From: Fidelibacterota bacterium
GTDB lineage: Bacteria > Fidelibacterota > Marinisomatia > SCGC-AAA003-L08 > JACNLC01
Length of the DNA: 64,000 bases
NCBI GenBank assembly: GCA_024277615.1
Contig: JAJRUW010000075.1
Location: forward strand, 11,012-75,011
Direction of reading: 5' to 3'
The notes under the pieces are model-generated. The model made no database searches. It was not told the origin of the DNA and was given only the letters and a program-made list of their open reading frames with translations. Shown in pieces: positions 44,181-54,600 of this stretch (its first letter is position 1; each line of letters opens with the position of its first letter). The translations under genes and the position numbers were made by a program.

Positions 44181-46411
44181 AGTACCGTCCCGGTGGCTTT
44201 TGTTTTTTTCATAAAGAATATACCGAAGATCAACAGAATTAAGAAAATGACCATCGAAAGCGCTGCTCCATAACCATAACGGTACAGGTTAAAAGCCGCC
44301 TTGTAAACATAGCTTACGAGAATATGGGTCTGATCCGAGGGTTCGCCTGCATTACTTACCAGCCAGACCACATTAATATTGTTGAAAGTCCATACGATTC
44401 CAAGAACTATTGCCGGGATCATAACTGGTTTGAGCATGGGCACTGTAATTTTCCTGAATTGCTGAAACCTGCTGGCGCCGTCAACACGGGCTGCTTCGTA
44501 CAACTCCCGGGGTATGGACTGCAAACCACCCAGCGCGATCACCATCATGAAAGGAAACCCCAGCCAGATGTTAGTGATGATACAAGCTGAAAATGCTTCA
44601 AAGGGCTGGCTGAGCCACTGAATAGGTGAAAGATGAAATAACCTGCCCAAAATTAAATTTATGGAACCATATTCCTGATTGAACATACCCCGCCAGGTCA
44701 GGGCTGTGATATACTGTGGCAAAGCCCAGGGGATGATCATCAGGGTTCGCAGGGTTTTTTTGGCCGGAAGTGTTCTGTTGATGAGAACGGCCAGGAAAAC
44801 CCCGAGGGTCACATGAAAAACAATATTTACCACCGTCCAGATTATTGTTTTGAGGAGAATTCCGTAAAATCGTGCTTCCGTGAGGACTTCCCGGTAATGT
44901 TGGAATCCTACGAGCTGCCAGTTTTGAAAAGTACGCAGCGAGAAGTTGGAAAGGGACAACATGATATTGAATAAAAAGGGAAATATGACTACGGAAAATA
45001 TACCGATAACGGCCGGCAGCAACATATAATAGGCGAATTTTTGTTGATGAAACTCTCTGAAAAATAAAACGATCTGTTTACGATAGAAAGCTGTAAGAAT
45101 TATTAACAGCAGCGGTAAAATCCATTTTATGAGGATCACGGAAGGTCCCGGGTCCAGAATATCATTCATGTCCCGGATTTGCTTTTCCGCATTTAGCTGG
45201 GAAAGCCTGGCGGCTTCTTCAGGGCTCTTTTCACCGCCGAGAACAGCCTGGTACTGCGTCCTCAGGGCATCCCAGATAGCCCGCATCTCCGGTTGCACGG
45301 GCATCGGCCGCCCTACTTCTATACTCTTCGCTGATTCCCGTAACTCCTCGTTTTCAGTGACTGCCGAACTTTTAAGTGCGGCAATACTCGAGGGCTGCAT
45401 ATTCAGCTTGCTGGCGTAATAATATTGAACTTCATCACTGGTAAGGTACCGAATTACATCCGCACATTTATCAAGCAGATCACCCGTAACATTTACATTG
45501 ATTGAATAACCCTTTGTGCTGACCATCGGTGTGGGCCAGAGACCGGTAGCCGAGACTTTAGGGATCCTGGTAATCCCGAAATCGACTACACCTTCATAGT
45601 CACCGAGACTCCAGTCGCCATTGATGATCATGGCGGCAGCCCCGGTTTTGAACATGGCGTTTGCGATCTCGTAATCGGATTCTTTGGGAATGATCTTATA
45701 TTTATCCCGCAGAGATTTGATGAAGGTAAAAGCACTCACCATGGCTTCAGTGTCCAAATTGGGCTGTCCGTCGTCAGTAATTAGCCAGCTCCCGAAGCCC
45801 CCGACCCAGGGTGCAAAAAAGAAAGGTTCAGTGAAGTTCCATACCAGCCCGTACTGGTCAATCTTACCATCACCGTTAAGGTCTCTGGTCAGTTCTTGTC
45901 CGATACGGATCATCTCGTCCGTATTTTCGGGCGGAGATTTGACGAGATTCCGATTATAAAGCAGCATTAGATGATTTCCCATAACATCTCCGATCATCCA
46001 GATCCGGCCTTTGTACCTGACCACTGCATTATCGACAAACCTTGCGAAAAACTCAGGCTTAAAAATGTCATCAAGGGGTTTGATGATGCCCATGGTGGAA
46101 AAAGGACCCACCTGGTCGGAAGGTCCGTAAATTAGCTCGGGGCCGCTGCCCCCCATGGCCGCAGATTGATAATTCGATCGCAGTTCTTCGGTTTCTCTGT
46201 AAAGCAGGGAGATCTCGATGTCGGGATGCCTGGCTTCATAACGATCACACATCTCCCGTAATGCTTTACGGTTTTCATAGAGCATTTGATGCCAGATATG
46301 GATGCGGGTTTTTGCATCGGCAACAGCAGTGAGGGCAGCAATTACCAGAAAGCAGGCAAATAAGATTCGAAGGCCTGATTTCATAAAATCAAACAGCCCC
46401 GGCCTGTACAA
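44177..46411 (-). CDS. fusion protein: family-1 (MalE-like) solute-binding domain + MalF-like ABC permease
   Basis: Residues ~30-420 form an SBP fold (KTRIHIWHQM...INGDWSLG...PEMRAIWDAL). Residues ~425-744 form a permease with the EAA motif ELYEAARVDGASRFQQFRKITVPMLKP. It is one uninterrupted 744-aa frame. Confidence 0.85.
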   Translation of the reverse strand: MYRPGLFDFMKSGLRILFACFLVIAALTAVADAKTRIHIWHQMLYENRKALREMCDRYEARHPDIEISLLYRETEELRSNYQSAAMGGSGPELIYGPSDQVGPFSTMGIIKPLDDIFKPEFFARFVDNAVVRYKGRIWMIGDVMGNHLMLLYNRNLVKSPPENTDEMIRIGQELTRDLNGDGKIDQYGLVWNFTEPFFFAPWVGGFGSWLITDDGQPNLDTEAMVSAFTFIKSLRDKYKIIPKESDYEIANAMFKTGAAAMIINGDWSLGDYEGVVDFGITRIPKVSATGLWPTPMVSTKGYSINVNVTGDLLDKCADVIRYLTSDEVQYYYASKLNMQPSSIAALKSSAVTENEELRESAKSIEVGRPMPVQPEMRAIWDALRTQYQAVLGGEKSPEEAARLSQLNAEKQIRDMNDILDPGPSVILIKWILPLLLIILTAFYRKQIVLFFREFHQQKFAYYMLLPAVIGIFSVVIFPFLFNIMLSLSNFSLRTFQNWQLVGFQHYREVLTEARFYGILLKTIIWTVVNIVFHVTLGVFLAVLINRTLPAKKTLRTLMIIPWALPQYITALTWRGMFNQEYGSINLILGRLFHLSPIQWLSQPFEAFSACIITNIWLGFPFMMVIALGGLQSIPRELYEAARVDGASRFQQFRKITVPMLKPVMIPAIVLGIVWTFNNINVVWLVSNAGEPSDQTHILVSYVYKAAFNLYRYGYGAALSMVIFLILLIFGIFFMKKTKATGTVL

Positions 46412-46449
46412 AGAGCCGCCGTAATAAAGCTGTCGTATTCCGGTTTATG

Positions 46450-48165
46450 TTAAGGAAGTGTATAAAGACTGCTCTCATTATATTTGATTTTTGCAAATTT
46501 TGAAGTGTGATAATAATTGTCATGGTAATCTTTGACCATTCGCTGGGAAGTGAAATCCGCTGCTGTTACAATAGATGCTTTCATCATTTTGATCCAGGCC
46601 TCACGGTCTCCATAAAATAAGGGTATGACTTTCGTTTCGAGGAGATCATAGAGCAGAGCGGCATCTTTCTCATCTGTAGAATCGGTAGCATCACCAATTG
46701 CCCATCCGTTGACACCGTCGTGGCAGCCTTCCGCCCACCAGCCATCGAGAATAGAGAGATTGACCACACCGTTAAGAGCTGCTTTCATACCGCTGGTCCC
46801 GGAAGCTTCGTTTGGCCTCAAAGGTGTATTGAGCCAGATATCAGCACCTCCGCATAGCAGCTTTCCCAGCCACATATTATAATTTGAAAGGTACGAGATA
46901 AGCACTTTATCCGTAAGTTCCCGGGATTTTTCGACAATCGATTTGATTACAGCCTGCCCTCTTTCGTCATTGGGATGAGCTTTTCCCGCAAATATGATCT
47001 GAAGTTTACCTTTTGCAAGTTCCGTGAGACGTTCAAGATCATGAAAGATGAGGTTGGCCCTTTTGTAGGCCGCAGCTCTGCGGGCAAAAACGATGGTCAG
47101 CATGTCCGGATCATAACCCACCTGTTTATGGGCATTGGCATACTCCAGTAAACGGCGCTTGTTTTCGAGATGTGCCCGCCAAACAGCAAATGAGGGAATT
47201 CCGGAAGCTTCTTTCAGCATCCTGACGGGGTCCTCCCGCCAGCCGGGTAAATATTTTTCAAACAAGTCAACTGTAGGCGGCATGACCCAGGTCAGATGAT
47301 GCACACCATTGGTTATATGAGTGATCTTTTTTGCAGAGCGGGGGAACATTTTCCGCACGACTTCCCCGTTCAGCTTCGAAACACCGTTGGCTTTTCCTGA
47401 AAAATACAAAGCGAGTTTGGTCATGTTCAATTTAGCATTCAATACCGTATTGGCCAGGTCGGAAGGCAGAAGATCTCCCAGTACTTCCCGGACCTGCTGA
47501 GCATCAAATACATCATGCCCGGCAGGGACCGGTGTATGAATGGTGAACACAAAATGCTTACGAATTCTTTCGACACTCAACCCCGTTTTAGCTTTCAGTG
47601 CCAGCGGCAAAAAGGCTGCATGCCCTTCGTTCATGTGGTAAGTTTCTATTTCCAGCTGACCGATATCTTCCAGGGATCTTAATAATTCATAGCCGCCGAA
47701 GCCCAGCACTGCTTCCTGCAAAATGCGGTGTTTGTTATCGCCGTGATAGAGTCTGCGGGTTATCTCCTGCGCCATTGTACTGTTTTCCGGGATATCGGTA
47801 TCAAGAAAGTAGATTGGAACCTTATGGCCGGAATTGCCCACATGAATGTATCGCCAGACGGCTACCCGGATCAATTCGCCGAGCAGTTCAATCTCCAGCA
47901 GCAGGGGTAATTTTTCCAACAGCGAAGCCGGGTTAAAGCGAGGATATTCTGCTGTTTGATTGCCCCGGTCATCCAGGCGCTGTTTCATGTAACCTTCCCG
48001 GTAAAGCAGTGTGAAACCTGCCAGGGGAATCCCCAGATCAGCCGAAGATTTGATATGATCTCCTGCCAGTATTCCCAGTCCACCGGAATAAGAAGGGATA
48101 TTTGCGGAAAATCCTATTTCCAATGAAAAATAGGCTATTTTTACTTTCTTTTCAAGTGTTGCCAT
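46450..48165 (-). CDS. glgP: alpha-glucan phosphorylase (GT35, short GlgP/maltodextrin phosphorylase type)
   Basis: Motifs GGLGILAGDHIKSSADLGIPLAGFTLLYREGY and EASGTSGMKAALNG (PLP lysine region). Confidence 0.9.
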   Translation of the reverse strand: MATLEKKVKIAYFSLEIGFSANIPSYSGGLGILAGDHIKSSADLGIPLAGFTLLYREGYMKQRLDDRGNQTAEYPRFNPASLLEKLPLLLEIELLGELIRVAVWRYIHVGNSGHKVPIYFLDTDIPENSTMAQEITRRLYHGDNKHRILQEAVLGFGGYELLRSLEDIGQLEIETYHMNEGHAAFLPLALKAKTGLSVERIRKHFVFTIHTPVPAGHDVFDAQQVREVLGDLLPSDLANTVLNAKLNMTKLALYFSGKANGVSKLNGEVVRKMFPRSAKKITHITNGVHHLTWVMPPTVDLFEKYLPGWREDPVRMLKEASGIPSFAVWRAHLENKRRLLEYANAHKQVGYDPDMLTIVFARRAAAYKRANLIFHDLERLTELAKGKLQIIFAGKAHPNDERGQAVIKSIVEKSRELTDKVLISYLSNYNMWLGKLLCGGADIWLNTPLRPNEASGTSGMKAALNGVVNLSILDGWWAEGCHDGVNGWAIGDATDSTDEKDAALLYDLLETKVIPLFYGDREAWIKMMKASIVTAADFTSQRMVKDYHDNYYHTSKFAKIKYNESSLYTLP

Positions 48166-50215
48166 TGTTCCCCTCAGTCACAATTAGATGCAGTTCAAAA
48201 TTCAGATGGATACCCTCCTGGGGTTCGAGATTCACAGGCCAAACGGGCAATACGGCAGAGCTCTGATATATTCTCTCAAAACCGCTTTCAGACATAGAAA
48301 CCGTCTCCACCGGATAGCGCAATAGCTTTGTTTTCCCTTCAAATTTAAGCCGGCATTCAATTCCCTCCCACTCCGTGATTAATGAAAATATGGTGGCTAC
48401 GGTCATACCTGTGGAGTCTAAAAAAGGATTTTGCAGGTTTTTATCATCGATGCTGTAGTAACGATCAGGTGAATGTCCGCCCAGCATAGAAAAATTAAAT
48501 TCAGGGGCATAATAGCATTCGAGCCGGTCATCACTCAAATTGCGCAAATGAATTTTAAACCGGAGCCTTGAATCTTTGAGCCGTACCATTTTTTTTATTT
48601 CGACAAACTGTGAATTTACCTGCCCTGATCCGATCAGGACGATAGCATCGCCGTTTAGATTGGCTTTGTATTCTGCGGTCAAAAAATTTCCGCATTCAGT
48701 GTAATTATTTTTTCGCAGTTGATCGGCTTTAACCATAGATGAAAAAAAGTGGTCAATTAGCATCCAGCGGGGGTGTGCGTCATAAAACAAATAGTTTTCG
48801 AGATGGTCCTCTTTGGCAGTTATGCGGTCGTGGATTGAAGCGGTACCCGCTTCGCCCGTTTCCAGAGCATACAATTTTTCATGATAACTTTCTTCATGGC
48901 GGGCGAAAGTATTGACCAGATTGAATTTTTTCTTTTTTATATCAAGTTCGCGGATGGCTCCGCCGTGAGGCGTGAAGATGACCCGCAAATCCGGACTCGA
49001 CAGGATGATCTCCTTAGAACCGTCTTTGTCAATATCAACCTGCCTGGGGCCGGCAGCGGACAACAGATTTTCAGCTTCAATGATATTCTCAAAGATTGCA
49101 TTTCGTAAATGCGGTAAATACAAACCACCGAATACTCCGTGCCAGAAACCGCAATTGCATTGGCTGCGCCAGATGGCCTTGCGGGCGGCTTCGTTTTCCT
49201 GACCGTTCAGGAGTGTGGAAACATAATTGGCTCTTTTCATCATCCAATTGGATTCCTCATATTTTGTCAGGAAATCCCGCCAAGTTCCGCCTCTCAGGTA
49301 AGGCCTGATCTCATCAAAAGAGCCTTGTTGTTTTAAAGAATCTATGAGATGATTGTACTTTTTACCATGTGATATCGGCAGTGTCCATTCACCCATCTCA
49401 AAATAAGATGACGTGGGTAAATAGACCCTCCCCCGTGGCTTGTGGGCGTTGAAATATTGTGAAAAGGTCATTACTTCCAACCAGTCCCCTGCATCCGACA
49501 GATGTTTAAAAAACGAATTCAGCCAGTCGTCTTCACCAAAACAATGCTCACGGGTTCCGGGCCATACGCCGAATTTTTCCCCATCATCGGCCATCACTTT
49601 GACAGAAGCCGAATCCCGGGCGCTTTGACGTAAAAATTCAAGAGTCCGGTCCGGCTCGTCAAATGGAATGGCGTACCTCAATTTTTGTGAAATGGGAAAG
49701 ACGCCCAAAACATATCCCTGGTCTTCTGTCAGGTAATAACCGTCAAGTTCATCCAGCTGCCCGCGAGAGGCGGAAAAGTGCTGGTCATCAACGGCAATGT
49801 ATTTTATTCCGGCCCGGACGAGCGGTTTGACGAGTCCCGGCTCCCAGACCCGTTCCGTAAGCCAGAGTCCTTCCGGAGCTCTGCCGAAGCGTTTTTTTAT
49901 ATACGCATTCATCATCTCTATCTGACCCACTTTGTCCCTGTCGGAAATTGAAATGAGGATGGGTTCATAAAAGCCTGAAGAAAGGATTTCGCAGCGAGCA
50001 TCAGTAACCAGCGTCCCGACCCGGTCAATGTAATCGGGATGATGTTTTTCCAGCCATTCGATGAGAGGTCCGCTCACATGCAGGCTGAAATTGATCGCAC
50101 TGTATTTCGTGATCAAATCCAGAAAGGGCAAATAGGATTTCTGATAAGCTTCTTCAAAGATGTGGTCAAAATTCCCGACCGGTTGGTGATTATGAATTCC
50201 GAAAATAAATTTCAT
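48152..50215 (-). CDS. GH57 alpha-amylase/4-alpha-glucanotransferase family protein
   Basis: N-terminus MKFIFGIHNHQPVGNF, WLTERVWEP, and C-terminal beta-sandwich domains typical of the large GH57 enzymes. It overlaps the phosphorylase start by 14 nt. Confidence 0.85.
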   Translation of the reverse strand: MKFIFGIHNHQPVGNFDHIFEEAYQKSYLPFLDLITKYSAINFSLHVSGPLIEWLEKHHPDYIDRVGTLVTDARCEILSSGFYEPILISISDRDKVGQIEMMNAYIKKRFGRAPEGLWLTERVWEPGLVKPLVRAGIKYIAVDDQHFSASRGQLDELDGYYLTEDQGYVLGVFPISQKLRYAIPFDEPDRTLEFLRQSARDSASVKVMADDGEKFGVWPGTREHCFGEDDWLNSFFKHLSDAGDWLEVMTFSQYFNAHKPRGRVYLPTSSYFEMGEWTLPISHGKKYNHLIDSLKQQGSFDEIRPYLRGGTWRDFLTKYEESNWMMKRANYVSTLLNGQENEAARKAIWRSQCNCGFWHGVFGGLYLPHLRNAIFENIIEAENLLSAAGPRQVDIDKDGSKEIILSSPDLRVIFTPHGGAIRELDIKKKKFNLVNTFARHEESYHEKLYALETGEAGTASIHDRITAKEDHLENYLFYDAHPRWMLIDHFFSSMVKADQLRKNNYTECGNFLTAEYKANLNGDAIVLIGSGQVNSQFVEIKKMVRLKDSRLRFKIHLRNLSDDRLECYYAPEFNFSMLGGHSPDRYYSIDDKNLQNPFLDSTGMTVATIFSLITEWEGIECRLKFEGKTKLLRYPVETVSMSESGFERIYQSSAVLPVWPVNLEPQEGIHLNFELHLIVTEGNNGNT

Positions 50216-50303
50216 TTCAGCGGATCTTTCAACGACAATATTAAGAAAATAATGCAGCCGGTGTCAAATTCGGCTTCGGATATTTGAGTTGGTCTTCCGC
50301 TCA

Positions 50304-51347
50304 TTAAAAAGTCATCCGCAGTGTAAATTTGTGCAGATCTCCCAAATGCGTCATCAGTTCATAGGCATAATCAAAATAAAATATTCCGCCGTTTTTAATA
50401 GGGTAATTGATTCCTGCACCGAGCGTAAAGCGTTCTTCTCTGTCATTCATAAAAATGGCCTTTGAGCCGCCGCGAAAAACCAGTTGATTACCGAAAAAGC
50501 CAATTTGCGCGCCTGCATTGAGATATTCCGAGTTGTCATTGGGATGCAGAGCGTCCACAGCCCAGGTAACGGCAGCAATTTCGTGCACTGCGAAATCGCC
50601 TGATATGCCAACCCTGAGCAGCAGCGGCAGGTCGAAGTAATCAGTGTCAATCAGACCGTTGATGCTTTGGTTGTCCCCAGCCATATTCTGTGCCACATCA
50701 ACACGTACTAACAGGTCCTTCCCTGTCATTTTCATTTTGGGCCCGAAATTGGATATTGAAGTTCCCAGACGAAATCCGTAAGGTGTATCGAAGAGTGTTC
50801 CGATATCAATGGCCAGGCTGGAGGCCTTTTCATTCGAGATGTGTTCATTGATGTATTTGCCGTTGGCACCAATCGAAAAGCGGTCCGTCAGTTGCATTCC
50901 GTAGGAGATCCCAAGAGCATACTGACCGGCTCCGAACGTTTCTCCGGTGAATTCATCCGAACCATAAGCAGTTACATCCATTTCATTCATGGTGACGGCA
51001 GTTACATTCAGACCGAAAGCGGCACCGTTCTGCAGGGGTTGTACATAGCCAATATAGTTGAAAGATATATCGGCCACCCATTTGGTATGATTCACCAGAA
51101 ATTCCGGAGATTTGATGCGTGAGATACCGGCCGGATTCCAATACATCGCCGAGGCATCATCTGCAACAGCCGTAAAGGCTCCGCCCATACTGATGGCTTT
51201 GGAGCCGGCTCCGATGGAGAGGAATTTTGCCGCGGTGGTGCCGGTTTTTGTAACAGCAAAACCGGTACCGAGTATTGCCAGCGTTAGGAATGCCGGTCTG
51301 ATATATGTTTTTAAGTTTTCCATCAATCCTTCCATACTGTACCTCAT
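50304..51347 (-). CDS. PorV/PorQ-like outer-membrane beta-barrel
   Basis: Signal peptide followed by GTTAAKFLSIGAGSKAISMGGAFTAVADDASAMYWNPAGI, an alternating beta-strand body and a C-terminal F. The start codon overlaps the stop of the upstream CTD-encoding ORF (TAATG). Confidence 0.55.
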   Translation of the reverse strand: MRYSMEGLMENLKTYIRPAFLTLAILGTGFAVTKTGTTAAKFLSIGAGSKAISMGGAFTAVADDASAMYWNPAGISRIKSPEFLVNHTKWVADISFNYIGYVQPLQNGAAFGLNVTAVTMNEMDVTAYGSDEFTGETFGAGQYALGISYGMQLTDRFSIGANGKYINEHISNEKASSLAIDIGTLFDTPYGFRLGTSISNFGPKMKMTGKDLLVRVDVAQNMAGDNQSINGLIDTDYFDLPLLLRVGISGDFAVHEIAAVTWAVDALHPNDNSEYLNAGAQIGFFGNQLVFRGGSKAIFMNDREERFTLGAGINYPIKNGGIFYFDYAYELMTHLGDLHKFTLRMTF

Positions 51348-51652
51348 TATTTGACGATGGCAAATTTGCCAACATGTTCACCGACTCCCGGCGCTTCCAC
51401 ATGATAAATGTACACTCCGTAGGAAGCCGATAAATTATCTTTTGTCAGCAGGTCCCAGGACTCGGAGCCATTGTCGATCGTTGTATGATGATCAATTTTC
51501 TTCACCAGTTCGCCATTGATCGTAAAAATGCGGATTGTACAGTCGTCCGGTAATTTTCTAAATTGAATTTCACGGGGACCTCTGCCGGTGGAAAATGTAT
51601 TCTGTTTCTCCCAGGGCACGGCGGCATAATAGGGATTCGGCACAACATAGAT
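51347..51652 (-). CDS. detached C-terminal sorting-type domain (continues the 1221-aa ORF across an in-frame TAG)
   Basis: Directly after TAG (51653-51655) the same frame reads IYVVPNPYYAAVPWEKQ...IRIFTINGELVKKI...YIYHVEAP..GKFAIVK. This is a CTD-like beta-sandwich with no start context of its own (the ORF track uses an internal GTG at 51643). Confidence 0.7.
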   Translation of the reverse strand: MYVVPNPYYAAVPWEKQNTFSTGRGPREIQFRKLPDDCTIRIFTINGELVKKIDHHTTIDNGSESWDLLTKDNLSASYGVYIYHVEAPGVGEHVGKFAIVK

Positions 51653-54600
51653 CTATTTTAAGTCCCGTTTTGCGGCATCTTCGTCGATACTGGAAGGCTG
51701 CGTTGTGAATTCAAAAATATCGCGGCTTAGAAATGGTTTTTCCACGAACACATACGCTGTATCTCCGGGCTGTGGAAAGCGGATAACATGCTGCAGATCT
51801 CCTGCAGGCGGATTGACCATTCTGAAAGTCCAGCTGGGTGCGGGATTGCCGTCCGCATCGCTGTGATCCATAAAGACGATGGCATCATAATCCGTCTCTG
51901 TGTTACCGAAAATTCCATCACCACCTGAAGGCGTAAAATCACCGAATAGAAACGGTATATCAATCCAGTCCGCTGCATCATCGCCCGTTGAGCTAACCTG
52001 CTTCTGTACTTTAAAATTAACAGCCTGATTCTCGTAAAACCTCGAGGCACAATAAATTGATGAACCGCCCGGCCCGCAGGGATCTGAAAAGATGGGATTT
52101 GCGCAGAAACAGTCGGATTCAAACTCGTTGCTATCAGAGAATATAACCCGATAGTCCGCAGGCAAAGGCGTGCCGATAACATAGGGAATATCCAGATCGT
52201 ATTTACGAAGATCGAAAGGAACCAGACTGTCGTTAGACCAATAAGAACGATCTTCATTAAAGTAAAGAGCTTCGACATTGGTGAATTTCAGACGGAAGCC
52301 GTCGATGACATCAAAATCATCACCCTGGGGCAGCGGATTGGCATAGACTGAATCCCGCAAGGTGATGGTGATTGGCTGTCCCTGATCGTAGATCACTGAA
52401 TCGGTATCGAAATATTCCCATTCGGGTTTTACCAGCGTATCACCCGTTGTCAAATCAGTCAAAAACCAGTATTTGGTTGTGAGTGTGTCATATCCGACCG
52501 AGCCCTGATGATTTTCGAAGATCGTATCCGTAAAGCTGATCTGATAGCGGTGATAGGGTTGGATTCTCATCGGATCGATGATGGAATAATAGACCTCACC
52601 ACTGGATGTCCCCTGGACATGCTCAATCTCAATCCCCGAATCGGCCTCGATATATCCTGCCGAAGGAGGCGTTGGGACAACTTCGACAACATTGGGTCCC
52701 AGTTCCAGTACGCCGTTGATGGAGTTCACCCTAAGGCGCATGGGTGAATCGCTGGGTATGATCTCATTTGAAAGATCTCCTCCGTAGTCATAGGCCACCA
52801 CTGCATAATAGTAAGTTTGACCGTTTACTACATTTTCGTCAACATAAGAATGCTGCAGGCCCGTGTCACTCCCCAGCTGAAACTGGACTCCGTTCAGAGC
52901 GACCTCATGGAAGCCGGTGATGCCGTCAACAAGATCCCACTGGGCATCGACACCGCCCTGGGAATAGGGGGCGAAAAAAGTCGGATTGCCCTCACCATCC
53001 GTAATTTTGAGAGCATCTTTAAATTCAAAATCCGTAGCCCGGTAGATTTTATAGCCCTCAAAGTCCCGAAAAACTGCTCCGTCGGTAATCTTCTTCATAT
53101 AATTATCCTCTGAGTTTTCCGAGACGGTGTCCCAGTAAAGTGTAACCTTGCCGTCACCGGGCACGGCCGTCACATGTGGTGGAACGGGTGATTTTGCAAA
53201 TTGATAGTCGAAGTCATAAGTCGTCTGTGCCACAGCTTTATTGCGGATTGCATCTGCCTGGTCATTACCGAGGCAGACTGCCATGGCAATTCTTTCCGTC
53301 TGGCCGGCTTTCAGGGGGAAGAAACCCGAGGTGACAAAAAGATCATAATCGCCGGGCGGCTGGCCTCCGGGAGGTGGCTGCCAGAAATATCCCGGCGTCA
53401 TGTAGAAATTCCACAGGGACTGGTCACTGCCGGTGGGAATAGAGCCTGCCGGGTCATAGCCTACGGCCGTCAAACCCATTTGGTCGGATTCTGAAACATC
53501 GGTTTTATCTATGTCAGGCTCTCCCTGAAATCCGGTTCCGGAGCCCGAAGTCGGTTTCAGATCACCGGTACCTTCGCTCGGTCCGCCGGATCCGTCGCCA
53601 AAGAGCCCCACATCGTCTTCAGTAGTCCAGTCCCCGTCATTATCGATAAAATCGTCGCGGGATTCATCGATCATTTCATCAATGCCCTCGTCGATACCTT
53701 CGTCGATTGCCCCATCCAGGTCATTGTCTATGCCGTCTGCATAAGGTTTCCCAAGGTCATTTTCCTCCAGTTGATAGAGAATAATATTTGTACCGGGCAC
53801 CTTGTAGCGCAGATAGGGATCTGTTGCGGCCTCATCGATCATTTCCTGTGTAACTACCGGTCCGCCTACATCGGCTCCTGTGCCAAAGGGATACTCCAGA
53901 GCATAGGGTGCTTCGGGATCCGCATTGTTGTCGATATTATCTGCAAAGGCCAATCCCAGATCTTCGTCACCAACCATAATGAGATGAATAGTGCTGTCCT
54001 GAAGCTCGTCAGTTTCAGGTACGGGCGGCCAGCGAAACCAGTGGAAAAGAACCCCGTCAAGATTGATGAAGTCGCTGGCTGCATCGGCAATGATCTGCTC
54101 GGTAATGACTGCACAGCCCGGATCTGCGGCTTCGGGGCTGGAGTTATCGTTGTCAATTTTGTCCGCAAAGGAGACTCCCAATTGATTCCCGAAAGGTATA
54201 TGCGTCAGGTTTTCATCGATTAGCCCGTTCCGATTGTCATCGATACTATTGGCGAGGTCTTCTTCGCCGGGGTCTGCAACAATATAATCCAGGTCGCCGG
54301 GGCAGATTAGGTCTTCACCGCAGGCCAGCTCGCGACTGACAAAGGGGCCGGCTTCTTCTCCGTCACCATCATTATCAATGCGGTCAACGTTATTGCCGGG
54401 AGTTTCGATAAAGGAGGTTGCTGCCACACCGGTTGGCTCTCCATTGAAAGCGCTGTTACCGGTACAGTCTCCGGGTATGCAGTTGTCCATGGACCAGGCT
54501 ACATCATTCATCAGATCAAAATCCGGTGTGTCATCCATTGTATCTCCGTCACCTCCAACCATATCTGCCAGCCAAAGAGAAAAGGAGACTTTATCGATAT

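Noticed and set aside
7511-51655. Stop-codon reassignment (TGA, TAG or TAA read as sense) as the explanation for the in-frame stops
   Set aside because: All three stop codons occur among the interruptions. The same codons clearly terminate well-conserved genes at their expected ends: thrS TGA at 642-644, the pheS TGA in the ATGA overlap with pheT, the receptor TAG at 55312-55314, and the GH13 TAA at 60021-60023. No single alternative code fits.
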